57,609 nt of DNA from Chromera velia (Eukaryota). The stretch covers positions 1 to 57,609 of the forward strand of contig JAHBMJ010000080.1 in the NCBI GenBank assembly GCA_018398765.1. The letters are read 5' to 3'. Within the stretch, counting starts at the first letter, position 1. Each line of letters begins with the position of its first letter. Below are positions 13,384-25,929 of this stretch, piece after piece. The notes beneath the pieces are model-generated. The model made no database searches, had not been told where the DNA came from, and saw only the letters and a list, made by a program, of their open reading frames with translations. The position numbers and the translations under genes are program-made.

Positions 13384-16158
13384 AGACCGACACACTTACC
13401 CCCGTGGCATACACAGATCACCCAGACACAGATGCTTGCGCGGAAGTACAAATACACACAGATACAATCAAGGTGGGGGATAGAACAGACTTCCTGGAAG
13501 ACTGGAAGGCACACAAAGAGGCAGCATGTAGCGTGATTAAAACCACAACAAGCATGCCGGTGGCATCTGAAGAAGATGCTCATCGCCTTCTGTGGTTTCC
13601 TTCGATCCGGGACTTTCAAAACGCCGAGACATGCAACGAGAAAAAGCAATAGATAGATCAGACACCCCTCGATCGACATCCGTCCTTGTCATGAAACAGT
13701 GAAAAGCGTGGAAAGAAAAGAAAAGAAAAGAAAAAATAGAAAGAAAGTAAGCCCAGACCGATATTGTTTCTTCATTGCAGAAACAAAAAGCGAATAAGGG
13801 AAAACAAGAAAGCGTATCTGAAAACAGACATATACGTCCCCCTGATATACATAAAGAGCATGTCGTCTGAAATCCCTGATGATGATGAGCTCCCTTGTCC
13901 ACCCCCCCTCCCTCCCTCGTCTACTGACTGACTTGTTTCCATCACCGCCTTCTTCATCGGATCGCCGCTCGACCAATGGGTCCTGCTCAAACGAGGGAGC
14001 GGACGGAAAGCGCCCGACGAGGAAGGCGGCTCCTCTCTCTGTCCCCCCCTCTCCCTCTCGAGGTCTACAACTGAAGTAGAGGCAGCAGTGCCAAAGGCGT
14101 GTAGCAAGGGGGGGCGGCCGCGCCCTCTCCGTCTTTCCGGGTGATCCTGAGGGGGATCGCCTCCGTCCCCTGCTGTAGCGCCCCCTGCCGGAGGGGGACT
14201 TGCCAGCTCTTCTACATCGCGGTTTCCTTGGGCGGCAGCTGCGGCAAGCTGTTTGGCCTGTTGAGCAGCCAACGCAGCTCCAACGAGAGGTCGATCTTTC
14301 ATTCTCTTCGCCTGCATTTGACTGTGTGCGATTCTCCGTTGGAGCCTCTGCCTCTCTGCTGCCAGCGCGGCCGACTCCTCCGCCTCCGCAGCACGGGGCA
14401 GAAAGCGCAGGCGGGGATCGTTTACGTTGACGGGCTCCGATGAGCTGAGGCCGAATCTGGACCTCGAGCCGTCTACTGTCTGCCCTACAGAGTTCTGGTG
14501 CTGGATGGTGTACCCTAGTTCTGCAAGATACAGCTTGAGAAACTCAAACATCTCTGGAGACGGTTCCGGGAAAGCGGCAGCGGCTGTGTTGGCGGCGGGG
14601 TTGTATTTGGGTGGGATGGGGGCACAGGGGGGGAAGCGCTCGGGGTCGAGAATGACGGGGGGAGAGACTGCCGAGGCCTTCTGGGGAAGGGGGATACGAC
14701 GAAGGTCAGAGAAGAGTCTGTGATCGCAGGCCAGTGGCATGCGCGATAGAATCCTGCAGAAACACACACGCACACACACACTCAGACTCTGACACAAGCA
14801 CCCTTTTCTCTGTCGAGCACCCACAGAGAGAGAGAGATTGAAAAAAGGGGGCAAACGAAGACAGGAAGGAGGGAGAAACTTAGAAATAGAGGGAGGAAAA
14901 AAAGAAAAAGGAAGACAAAAAGAGTGGAAAGGATGAACGAACGTACACCACACTTTCTTTCTTTGCCTGACCTTTCGATCTCCTCTTCTGGCAGGATTTC
15001 AGTTGTCTCTGCCCCCTTCCCCTTCTCCCCTTCTGCGTCTGTGCTCACACTCAGCTGTTGCTTCTGTGGAGGCCTGTCGTCTAAGTGCCACGAGACGACA
15101 CACGCCGGAACGGGTTGCGCAGTTCCCACTGAATGCCATGAACAGATACGTGTATGCGTATGCGAGCAGAGATAAAAGAAACCGTGGAAAGACGATGCGA
15201 GACAGCACTCAAGACCTGTTGTTCATCGTGCAGGAAGGAAGCCGAAGGAAGAGAAAATGACTGCCAAAAAACCACTCGGTTGAAAACAAGACGAAGAGCT
15301 GCTCTGGTGTGTGGAGCAACGCGTGCTCTCTTGTTGTTTCCTGGACACAGTTCTTCAGAGACACGCCGTGCTACTGGGTGCGAGCAAGCAGGCAGACATG
15401 CATCAACGGATGCAGGGAGAGAAGGAGGGAGTGAGGGAGGCCTAGATTGATTGGGCCCAGCCTTCCCGACAGATTGCGCATCATGTGGAAAGAGGGTAAG
15501 AGAAGAGCGGAGGATCGAAGCTGACCGTTCAAAGGTTTCAGACCTCCAAGAACGATGCCTGCAGGTACAAGGAGGGAACTCTTTTGGATCAAGTCACAAG
15601 AATTTCAACAGAAGAATTTCAACAGAGCGCGAAGAATTTCAACAGAAGAGAAGAAAAGTGAAGAGAAGGGGGGAGTGAACAGAAGAGAAGAGAAGGAGAA
15701 AAAAAGGGATACCGGGAGAGCAGACGAGAGGAGGGGAAAGGGGTAGAGAAAAGCAAACGAGAGAGGTGGGTGACGGAAATGCGGCAGGAAAAAAACTGTA
15801 AGAGCATGTTCCTCATTGGGAGGAAAGGGACCAACTAACTGGTGCTCTTCACCACCTTTCGATAATCGCCTGTCTGCCTGCCTGCCTGCCTGTCTGTATC
15901 CCCCCCCCTCCCCCCTCACCTGTGAGAGTGAATTCGTTCAACCGCGTGACTTGTCCTTCTGCAGGCCCTTGTTTGACCTGCCGCATTTTCTTCACGAGGA
16001 GCCGCCCCGTCATTCTGTGGGCCTTGTCTAGACAGAAATTCGAGGCATCTACAAACAGACTCAGACTTGAATTGTCGGGAGCGGCCTCTGCAGAAAATCA
16101 AAGCAAGTGCAAAGGAGACCAGAAAAAGAAAGACAAACGCAGATACAAACTTACGCAT
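9538..16158 (-). CDS. Tudor-like + PWWP-like domain chromatin-associated protein; putative exons 16158-16155, 16087-15920, 15558-15526, 15128-14972, 14753-13933, 13238-13158, 12678-12619, 12103-11941, 11471-11212, 10193-9538
   Basis: All introns GT-AG with consistent phases. The spliced product contains VYWWKFGKGSVYVPCQVCDP...YVLVLSLDDLMYAWTKYNSLKPFRDHWSEF (PWWP-like) and N-terminal GRLLVKK..F..G.V...V.W...E.L..EEI (Tudor-like). The start codon and a possible extra last exon (9241-9435) are uncertain. Confidence 0.7.
10718..11192. repeat. (CACT)n intronic microsatellite with CACACTCTCC interruptions
   Basis: Directly visible. Confidence 0.95.
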
Positions 16159-16809
16159 CTTCAGCAAACCTACGAGTCCCGTGGATTCATGCGAACAAGA
16201 AAAAACGAATCCTTCAGAGAGGGGAAGAACTGCAAATTCTTTTTTTCCATCACACCCGCAAAAGAAAACAAACACACCTTCTTGCCCAAGATGCGTTGCT
16301 CTTACGTCCGCGGCGCCCGGTGCCCCTCCTGCCACCAAAGAGCTTTCAGGTGGAGAGTCCGACTCTCCACTTTCCACCTGCATCTTGACGGTCTTTTCTA
16401 GGAGAATGGAGCGATCACTACCGTCCTCACTTCTTTTTTACTCGCCCAGCGGAGACTTCTACAAAAGAGGCGAATTTCAATACGGAGCTAAACGATCATT
16501 ACGTGCTTCAAACCAGATTTTTCTTTCTGTCGCCTTCAAGACTGTGAAATTCGCTTCACGAGTCGGCGCTGGTCCTGAAATTACACATCACGCTACGAAA
16601 GGGCGTTGCGGTCCTGAATGTGTGATTCTGAGAGACTGTGAGCTCGAGGAGCAGGTTTCGGATCCACAAGCACTTGGTGATACTCGGTGCTATCCTGGTG
16701 CTCCTGCCTCCTGAACGTACTCCAATTCAGAATCCAATCCAGAAGCCCGAGATCGATTCTTGTGCGTGCATCATGCCGTCTCCCCGATTGAATCTTCCCC
16801 CGCGTTCTG

Positions 16810-17030
16810 CATGGCCCGGAAAGCGAAGCTGAGAGGGCACTTAACAAAAATTGCACCCCCCCAGACCACACGGATGGCTGCGTCCGACGTTTACAGGAAG
16901 AATCTGACGCACGCCAAGCTCGGCCCCGGAAAGACAATTCAGCTGAGGAGGCACTTTCCAAATTAAAAGCAGGGGGAACATGCAAGAATAAATTTCGCTT
17001 TCCGGGCCATTCGCACGGAGTGCGTCAGAT
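16810..17030. repeat. Dispersed multi-box cassette, copy between divergent genes
   Basis: Boxes GGCCCGGAAAGC, GCTGAGAGGGCACTTA, AATCTGACGCAC and TTTCGCTTTCCGGGCCATTCGCACGGAGTGCGTCAGAT recur at 29581, 46326, 46785 and 47096/50081. Confidence 0.8.
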
Positions 17031-17302
17031 GCAGTCCGGTCAGGGACCGCGTCCCGTGCGTGCATGGCCCGCGTGCGTGGGATCATGCATGGAATTGCAT
17101 GGATGATCATCGGATTGACTGGGATTGAGCAATGATTGAGCATCAGGTAACTTGAGTATCCTTTATCCGGTGGCCCGGGTCTAGTCCTGAGAGAGTTGAG
17201 TGGAGTGGAGGATTTCGTACTGATTCTACGTGGCGGAACCCTTACCTGCATGACCCCGGGTGTGGTATTAACAAACACGCGATCCAAGACAAGCTAGGAA
17301 GA

Positions 17303-19291
17303 ATGCCAGGACTGAGCGCTCTGGAGCTTTCCAACCTGTCTCCCTGTGGGGATCTGAGCAAGGCAAGTCCGACTCGATGGAGTCGATATTCCCCCTCACA
17401 TTTTTTTATCCTTTGCTGAGTGCCCGAGAAGTCCGCTTAACAGCTGCGTGGCCTTCTTGATCGCAATTTGTTTTACCCTCCCTGCTCTCTGCATTCAATA
17501 AAAAAAGAGAAGAGACGCAGGAAGACAAAGAGCGGAATGCCCCCTCCCTTTCCAGCAATAATCCTTTTCAGGTCTTCTATTCAGTGTAGAAAAGCGGACA
17601 CGCTCTCTGCGTTGATCGAGGATGCAGCTGCTCATAATTCCGGTACATACCTCTTGCATGCGGCGCCTGCGGCCGTACGTAATTTTGTCCTTGTGTTGAC
17701 CCTCTTTTCCGTCTGGCTTCATGTTTTAAAAACCGGTGTGCATACATTGCTTTGCAGTTGACTGATCTGGACGTTTCAGGACGAGGCCTGGACAGTCTTG
17801 CTGAAATCTCGCAAGCAAAGCATCTGAAAAAGCTGGTTGCTGCTCGAAACTCTTTTGAGTCTTTGGAAGACTTCAAAATGAACCTGGAGCTCGTCTGGAT
17901 GGACCTCAGTCACAACGGCATCTCCCGAATTCAAAACATCGAGAACCTCACAAGGCTGGCCGTTCTCAATCTGAGTGGATGCAAGGTCGGATCGTTTGGA
18001 CGGAGAAGAGAATTTTGCTCCATATTTATTTATTGATAATCCCTATTTATTTATTCTATACATAATCTTCTTACTACAATCTGAGTGGATGCAAGGTCAG
18101 ATCGTTTGGACGGAGAAGACAGCGTTTCGGATGTCTTCTGCAGAATTTAAAAAAAAAAAAACCTAGGGTTTGGCATGAATCAATCAATCAATCAATCAAT
18201 CATTCAATGAAAATAAAGGGAAGATCGGAGGGAGAAATGAGAGCCTGCGGCGAAAAAGAAAAGATGCAGCATTGAGGTTCTTTCCAAGCTTTTTTCTCTT
18301 TTGAAAGAGAAAATGCACAGAATCAAGTACAAGACAAAGCGAATGTGTTCTGGTTCTCTTTGAGTGAGTCGGAAGACCCAGCAGGAGCGCACTCAACGCA
18401 GGTGGAGTGAAAGCTGGGGTGAGGGAATAAAACAAAATTGAGAAAGAGACCATACGGGCTCCATGCGTGGCAAGGCTCTTCAAAGAACGAGGAAGAACGA
18501 GCGCCTTCCCTGCATTTCCCTACCTGTCCGCTTGCTTGCATGCAGATCAAGACTCTTGAGGGCATAGGGGTGCTCGTCAGTCTGAAAAATCTCATCCTCA
18601 CCGACAACGAAATACGTGAGTCAAGGCTGTCTGTCTTTCACTCGGCCGATCATTCGGACAAAAATAAGGGCCTGTCGGTCTGTCTGTTTATTTGTTGGTT
18701 TTTCTTGTTTTGTTTTGTCTTCTTTTCTTCTCTTTCCTGTCTTGAGTGGAAGCAGCAGAGGATTAGCGTGTGAAACCAGTGATCACGTGAAAGCCTGTCG
18801 GGAGGTGGAGAGGCAGGGGGCGCTTAACTCTCACCTTTCGGGCCCCCTGCCCACGCTGTTTGATTGTTGGTGATGTTCTTTTGTCTTTGTTCTTTCTTTC
18901 TTTTTGCCTGTGGTGTTCATGAAGAAAAGGAGGGAGAAGAAGAAACGTATAGTCTGTCTGTCTGTCTGTAATCTTTCGTCTTTGTTCTTTTTTTGTTTCT
19001 GTCTGTTGTGTTCATGGAGAAAAGGAGGGAGAAGAAGAAACATAAAGTCTGTCTGTAATCTGTGCTCTTGCTAGATTTTTTTGAACCCTGGCATTCTCCC
19101 TTCGCTTCCCGTTCCTCATTTCTACGTCCTTTTTTTCTTTTCATCCGTGGATTCATTTCTCCTTCTTTTCTCTGCTCTTTCTTTTTCTCGTCAGTTCGCG
19201 TGCCGGCACTCGGGAAACTGCGGCTTTTGGAGAACCTGGGTCAGTCCTGCCTGCCTGCCTCCCTCCCTCTCACTGTTGCTGTCTCTCCATG

Positions 19292-19362
<71 letters not shown>

Positions 19363-22300
19363 ACCAGATGCACACATATGCCTCGGTTCTGCAAGTCCGT
19401 TAGTCCAGTCAGCAGTACGGAAGAGAAAGAAAGGGGGCCAATACGCAAGCAAAACGGAAAAATGGAAAGCGCGAAAGGGGAAGGGGAACAGAGAGGCGAG
19501 GAGGAAGAGAGACAAAGAGATGGGTAGACAAGAGACATACATGGAATCACGCAGGGACAGACAGGCAAGGAGGAAGACACACAGACAGGCGGGCAAAGGA
19601 CCAACCGACCAACGGACAAAAGTAGAAAGAGTAGCAGAAGGGAGAAGGCAAGCAGACAGACGAAAAGTCACACAGGCCGCCTATTGTCAAGCTCCCGGTT
19701 GCCAAGTCTCACCAGACGGCATTCGGTACAGGAATGGCGGTACATCAAGAAAGCGGGGTCCACCTGACGCGTCCTCTGCGGCATTTTCTTTGCGTCCGCC
19801 TGGGCGCTTTCTTTGCCACCGCACACTTCAAAGCAAAGAAGCAAGGAAAGAACAGAGGATCAGCAGTGAGAAACAGAAGAGGGGAAGCTAGGACTGCGTG
19901 GTCAAACAAAGTTTCACAGCCAAAACATTCGGCTCATGCGCTTGTCTCTCAGGCAACCAATACGCCAGGTGGGTAAGAGAAACCCTCAAATCAGCGCAGT
20001 ACGTGGCAAATGTTGCTTGCACACAGAGGCATCCGTGGTCTTGCCCATCGTTTATTTTTCGTTTCGGCAGCTGTGAAAATGCATTGCCAGGCTGGTCGGA
20101 TTCTTTCTGCGCCTGCCCGATTTGTTTTCGTCGACTTGGTCTGATCTGGTCGTCTTGTGATCTCTTTCTGAGTGGTCTGAAATCTCACATACTCCTGTTT
20201 GGCCCTCTTTTTTCTTCTATCGGTGTTTGCCCTTACTCCCATTCGCCTTTGTTTGTTTGATGCCTTGCAGTGCTTTCCAGGAATGTGATCGAGGAGGTGA
20301 TGCCGTTCAAGAAACCGATGGAACACCTTCGAAAAATCTCTCTGAGTCACAACAGACTCAAGGTCTGTCTGTCTGTCTGTCTGTCTGACTGTCTTTTGGA
20401 AGCTTTAAAATCTAAGAAAAGGAAAAAGGAAAGCAAAAGCCTGTCTGTCTGGCCGGCTAGCTTTCTGGCTGTGCAAGTCGGTCCTGGAAAAGTGAGAGAG
20501 TAGAGTAAAAACGTAGTGAAAATCTCTCTCTGTCCCTCCCTTTCCCTCTCCCTCTTTCTCTCCCTCCCTCCCCCACCCTCTCTCTTTCTTTCTTTTTGTG
20601 CGTGTGTGTGTACATATGTGTGTGTATATGTGTGCAGAGCTTTCCCTTTTCGGAGACTCTGTTCAGTGTGCAAGAGCTCCGCCTGAACACAAACTTGATC
20701 TCATCTGTCAGTCAGTCGGCCAGCCACCTTTTCTTACTCTTTCTTTTCTTCTTTCCTTCAATCGTTGTTTCTTTTTTTGTTCATTCGTTTAGTCTTTCTG
20801 TCTGTCCGTCGATATAGTTCGCCCGTACGTGCTTCTCCCTGTCCGTCTCCATTTTTTCCTTCCTTCGCTTTCTCTTTTGCTTGATTTCACGTCTAGATGC
20901 CACGCCTGAAGGCTGTGTCTGTGTTCTTTCTCTCTCGGCTAGCGAGAGGGAAACAAGAGCAAAGAGAGGATAACAGAGGCTGTGCGAAGCAGCATGGATC
21001 GGTTCGGACGAAATGGAGAGAAAAGGAGATCACGAATCAGCTTGTCCCGCCGATTTCAGGTAGCCGAAGGCCGATGCAAGCAGTGACTTTGAGATGTCCC
21101 CGACATAGAGATAGTGAGGTTTCTTTCCCTCCCACCAATTGCTGATTGTTCTGTTCCTCTACAGGTCCCTGTAGAAATCGGGATGCTGGGAAAGTTGAAA
21201 ATCCTGGATCTTGGACACAACGGGTTGAAAGATGCAAAGTGAGTCCCTCAGCCAGTCGACGGTTCGAAAAATCTTCTCTACCCCCTTACTTTCTCTTTGC
21301 CTCCTTGTCTATCTTCTTGCCTTTTCTTCATGTCCCTTTCCCCCCTCAAGTACTTCTCTTTCGGCTGCCTTGTTGAACTGAACTGGAGAGACAACCATTC
21401 ATGCATGCAGTGACAGATCCCCCCCCCCTTTTTTTTTTGTCTTCAAGTCTTCTTTTTGTCTGATGCTGTCGTTCGATGGTTCCCCCCCCTTCTTTCGCAT
21501 GAGATTAAATGTGGAAAGAAACGGAAAGTGGGGAAGGATCGTAAGAACGAACGAGGACTGGACAAGAGCCTGAACTCCATCAATCAATCAATCAATCAAT
21601 TCCATCTTTTTTTATCATCGACAAAGATGGTACTACTCCAAAAATAGTTTAAAAAACTAATGCAGATAATCAACCCATCTTGATTCTTGTGATATGTTAG
21701 TCAATCTATCTATCTATCAATTAATCGATTTGCAGAAGTGTTCAACAGCTGGACCAGTTGCGAAAACTCGAGCAGGTGAATCTCCTTGGGAACGCCGTGT
21801 TGGACAACGAGAAGGGACAGGTGGGTGGGCAAAGAAAGAGAATTAATTTGAAAATCTAGAGGCACTGACTGGCAAAGTGAGTTGGGGAAGCAGTAGGCAT
21901 GCAGGCACACAGAGACAGACAGATAGATAGACACACAGACACACAGGAGTGAGGCGGCCGTTGTAGTTGGTCCAAAACGGAAGGAAGAGAAAACGATCCG
22001 GAGACCTGCCAAGGAATTGTTTCTACCGTAGAATGGAATCAGACCATCAATATTCTTTCCCTTTCCTTTCCCGATCCCCCTCCCCGGATGGACCTGCCTG
22101 CCTGCCTGCCTGCCTGCAGGATTCGGTTCGTCGTCTCGCTCTGAGTCTTCCCAATCTGAAACGTCTCAACTCCCAGAGGTAGGCCCGTCGGCTGTCTCTC
22201 TCTCATTTTGTCTCATCTCACCTCATCGAGTGTCGAGTCGGGTGGACTGGGCTGACTCCTCTCGGAGCTGTCCTTTCCTCCTTCCCTTGGATGCCTTTTC

Positions 22301-22516
22301 ACTATCATGCCCCCTCACCAAAGCGCACAACAGCTGACGACAAACACCGCGAAGAAAAGAAACAATATTGCGATTCTGCATTCTTTTCTGCCTATTCCTC
22401 TCTTGCCGTCCTCTTGCAAGGACGTTGACCCACTCCGCTCATCTCATTCGCGTGGACCTCCTCTCCTCTCCTCTCCCTTTCCCTTTTTTCCCCAGCTTCT
22501 TCGAAGTGCGCACGCA

Positions 22517-22554
<38 letters not shown>

Positions 22555-23772
22555 GCATCGATCAATCAGGCAGAAAGAGAAAGAAAGCATGGTTAGATCA
22601 GATCATATCAGACGAGATCAGATCAGAAGATTTTGTTGTTGGTCTGTGCTCTCTCTCTCTCTCTCTCTCTCTCTTGGTTCCATGTGTGGATGCGTGGGTG
22701 CAGATTTGACCCCAACGGACCCCTCCGCACACACGTGGAGAGGCCAGCGTCGCACCAGGAGACGGGAAGAGCCCGTGCAGATGGAGGCGGGGACAGCAAA
22801 CAGGCAACCCGGACGGGCGTAAGCGGGGTGTCTGGCTCGACGGACAGGGTGGACCCGAGGGAGGAAGGTAACCCAAGGGGAAGGAGGGTAGGGAAGGGGC
22901 GGGAAGAAACGTCGGTGTCTGGATCCCCGGGTGGGCTTAGAAAGGCGAAGAAAAGAAAGAGAGAGCACGAGGAGCAGGAACAGAACGGTTTCGAGAGCGC
23001 GTTCGAAGAGGAGGGGGAAGAGGATGAAGAAGGACCCCTGGAAGTATCATCAAAGAAAAAAGTGAGGCGCAACGTCATGCAGAAAAAGCGTAAAGGTGGA
23101 GGCAGTGCTGGAGGAAATGAGGATTCAGAGGAAGAGGAGGGAGTGGGAGGGTCAACAACAGAAAGAGAGAGAACAACAGCGGTTACGCGTCAGCAGATAT
23201 TTTTCAAAGATGATGATGACGAAGAGGATGAGGAAGAAGGGCCTTCTCCAAAATCAGAGAAGGCCCTCGGGAGGGGAGGGGCACCTAGGTCTTCTTCTCC
23301 CCCCCCCCGGGGTGAGGGGGCTGCGCGTCCTACTGGACCCATCGATTGGTCCGAGAAAAGAAGGGACGGAAAAGGAAGGGAGGGGCCGGTGCAGAAGAGG
23401 CAGAAGGGTTTGCAGGGGAATTCCGGAAAGAAAGGGGTGGAGGGAAATCCTGACAGACGCGTTCCGGAGAACCAAAATGGATCTGTCAAACTGTCTGGAA
23501 AGGCACAGCAGCAGAAGAAGCACGGCGGTCAGAGGAGGCAGAGCGGAGAGAAAAGTCCGCATAACGGCGGCATAGGAGGACGGAGGGATTCAAACCAAAA
23601 GAGCTCAAGTGAGGGCAGGAGACAAGAGGGAGTACAGACACAGAAAGGGAAGAAGAGGAAACCGGATCTCGTTTCTTCTCCCGTCCAAGAGGCTCTGCCT
23701 GACGCCTCATTTTTGTTATCTCTGAAAGATTTCAGCTCACGAAGAAATGAATTTGGCAGTGGGTGGGACTAA
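17303..23772 (+). CDS. SDS22-like leucine-rich repeat protein with LRRcap and K/R/E-rich disordered C-terminus; exons 17303-17362, 17758-17985, 18546-18615, 19195-19239, 20271-20362, 20638-20706, 21165-21238, 21736-21820, 22120-22178, 22704-23772
   Basis: Repeated LxxLxLxxN motifs (LVWMDLSHNGI, LKNLILTDNEI, LRKISLSHNRL, LKILDLGHNGL) and cap LPNLKRLN. All phases are consistent; the first intron is GC-AG. Confidence 0.88.
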
Positions 23773-23990
23773 GTTGCAACAAGCACGCACCTACTAGTAC
23801 AGGGAAAGCCAGAATCCGTTGGAGTCGTTGGATCCCATAGTCTGAAATCACATAATTTATTTGTAAAATGTAATGTTCGTCGTAGTGTTATCAAAATTCA
23901 AAACGTATGTGATTTTCAATTAGAAATTTGGATTTCCAATTGAAAATCCAATTTTTCAATTATATTTTTAAAGGTGAAATATTTAAATTA

Positions 23991-24626
23991 CACTTCGACC
24001 TTAAGAGTTACTAAAGGACTTTTGCCAAAAAGTTGGGTTACTAGAATTACGTAACTTTTTACTGGTTACCGACAGAAGGAAGAGATGAAAGACGTATAGG
24101 CCAGACGCTAGGAACAAACTTTAAGTCAATGCCCCCGTTACCGACGGCTTTTTTTAGCCTGTTAGATGGGTCAAGTTACCGTAATTTAACTCTTTTCTAA
24201 ACCACGTCCAAAGACCTAGCCAAAGATTTTTTAGTACTTTTCGGCGCTATTTGTGCGAGTCCCTGCATGGTGAATAACCGTCATACTTCCTGTTTTTCTG
24301 TCTCTTTCTCTGCTGGTGAAAGTCTATATACCGAGTTTAAGCCTATAGTATCCCCGTTAGATCCGTTTGTCTCCCCGCCCTGCCCTCTCTTTCAATGTCT
24401 GTCTCTATCTATCTCAGAGGGCCGAGGAGCTTCCCATCTCTTAAAGTTTGCAGCTTTACGGGGGGGGGGACGGTTTGCTCCCTTCCAAACGATGGCTGTC
24501 TGTCTGTGTGTTGTCTGTCTCTCCGTTTGACTGTCTCTGTCTATCTCAGACTGTCTGCATGTATGTCTGTTTGTCTGTTTGTCTGTCTGCCTGACTGTCT
24601 GTCTGTCTGACCAACTAACGGTGAAA

Positions 24627-24662
<36 letters not shown>

Positions 24663-24673
24663 AGGAAAGAAAG

Positions 24674-24704
<31 letters not shown>

Positions 24705-25220
24705 AAAAAAAAAAAAAAAACGAAAGAAAGAAAAAAAGAGAGAAAAAAAGAAAGAAAAAAAGAAAGAATTTCAAAGAAAGGAAGACTCTGTCCGTCTATG
24801 ACAGTTAAACGTCACAGTTGGTCTTAATTTTTGACTAAATTTTTTTATAGTGATGGCTCAGTCAAGGCCTAATAAATCTATATTTAAAGCTCCGAAAAAG
24901 CATGATGATTCATGGAATAGCTTTAAAAAAGACTCTGAAATGACGGTATTAATCTATTATTTTGAATTAAATTCGACTGATATAGTTTTAAATCATTTTG
25001 CCGCATGTTTGAAGCGGAGAAACATTTTAAAACGGTGTCACTCTAGTAAAAAAAACTGTGTACACAGTAGTTTCACTATAATAGCATAACCTTTCTTCTA
25101 TACTTTAGTAACTTTAGGGCAACTGTGGGCAACTGTTGAAGTTACTAAAGTACAGTAACTTTAGGGGGTCGTGGACTCTAAAGTTACTGCGCTATTTGAG
25201 TAACTCTTAAAGTCCAAGTG
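23991..25220. mobile_element. Non-autonomous TIR element with TA TSD, containing microsatellite-rich internal DNA
   Basis: CACTTCGACCTTAAGAGTTACT versus AGTAACTCTTAAAGTCCAAGTG; TA on both flanks. Confidence 0.75.
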
Positions 25221-25929
25221 TAATTCAAATAAATTAAGCTAATTTGTGTAGAAGTTTGAAATCCTCAAGTTTTAAAATGTTTATGGACAAAAATATAACT
25301 TTCTACACTCGGACCTAGACTGACACTATTAAAGTTTTAAATTTAACATAGAAAACACTAGGCTCCGCACTTTAAAAAGACATTAAAAAAATATCGGGCT
25401 CAATCTGATCGATCCTGACAAACAACTGTTATTTGAGTGTTGTAAAGATGTTACCCACATGTTGCAAAGCTAGTTGCAAGGAGTATTAAAGAGTATTACA
25501 TAAAGAATAACACTTATTCAGGTGTTATTGAGAGATTGCTGGGGTTAGCTAGGGTGTTGTTTAGATGTTGCTTAAAAAACAACAGTTGTTGTGCCAAATT
25601 ACTACCGATATGTAAAAAAATAAAAAAAAAATATCTGCACCGTTTATATTTTTTTTTCTTTTTTTTTTTAGAGTGTAGAGCCTATAGAGAAAACAATGTT
25701 TCCAAATTATTACAAATTGAGAATTTGAGATTCCTAATTCCTAATTGGGCATTCCAATTGATTGATTGATTGATTGATTGGTTCGCACTCGCCGCTAGGC
25801 CTTCCTGTACCTTCCTGCTATATGTACTGCTATGCCAAGGTATTGCCACCGCTAAAATACAAGGCTTAGGATATTATTTTAGACCTTTGACAGACCTTTA
25901 AACAGTTTTGCCAGACTTTTCCCAAACTA

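Noticed and set aside
16306..16383. ATG 16383 as the start of the PWWP gene
   Set aside because: Its phase-0 donor leads to stops in the downstream exons; more likely 5' UTR or a uORF.
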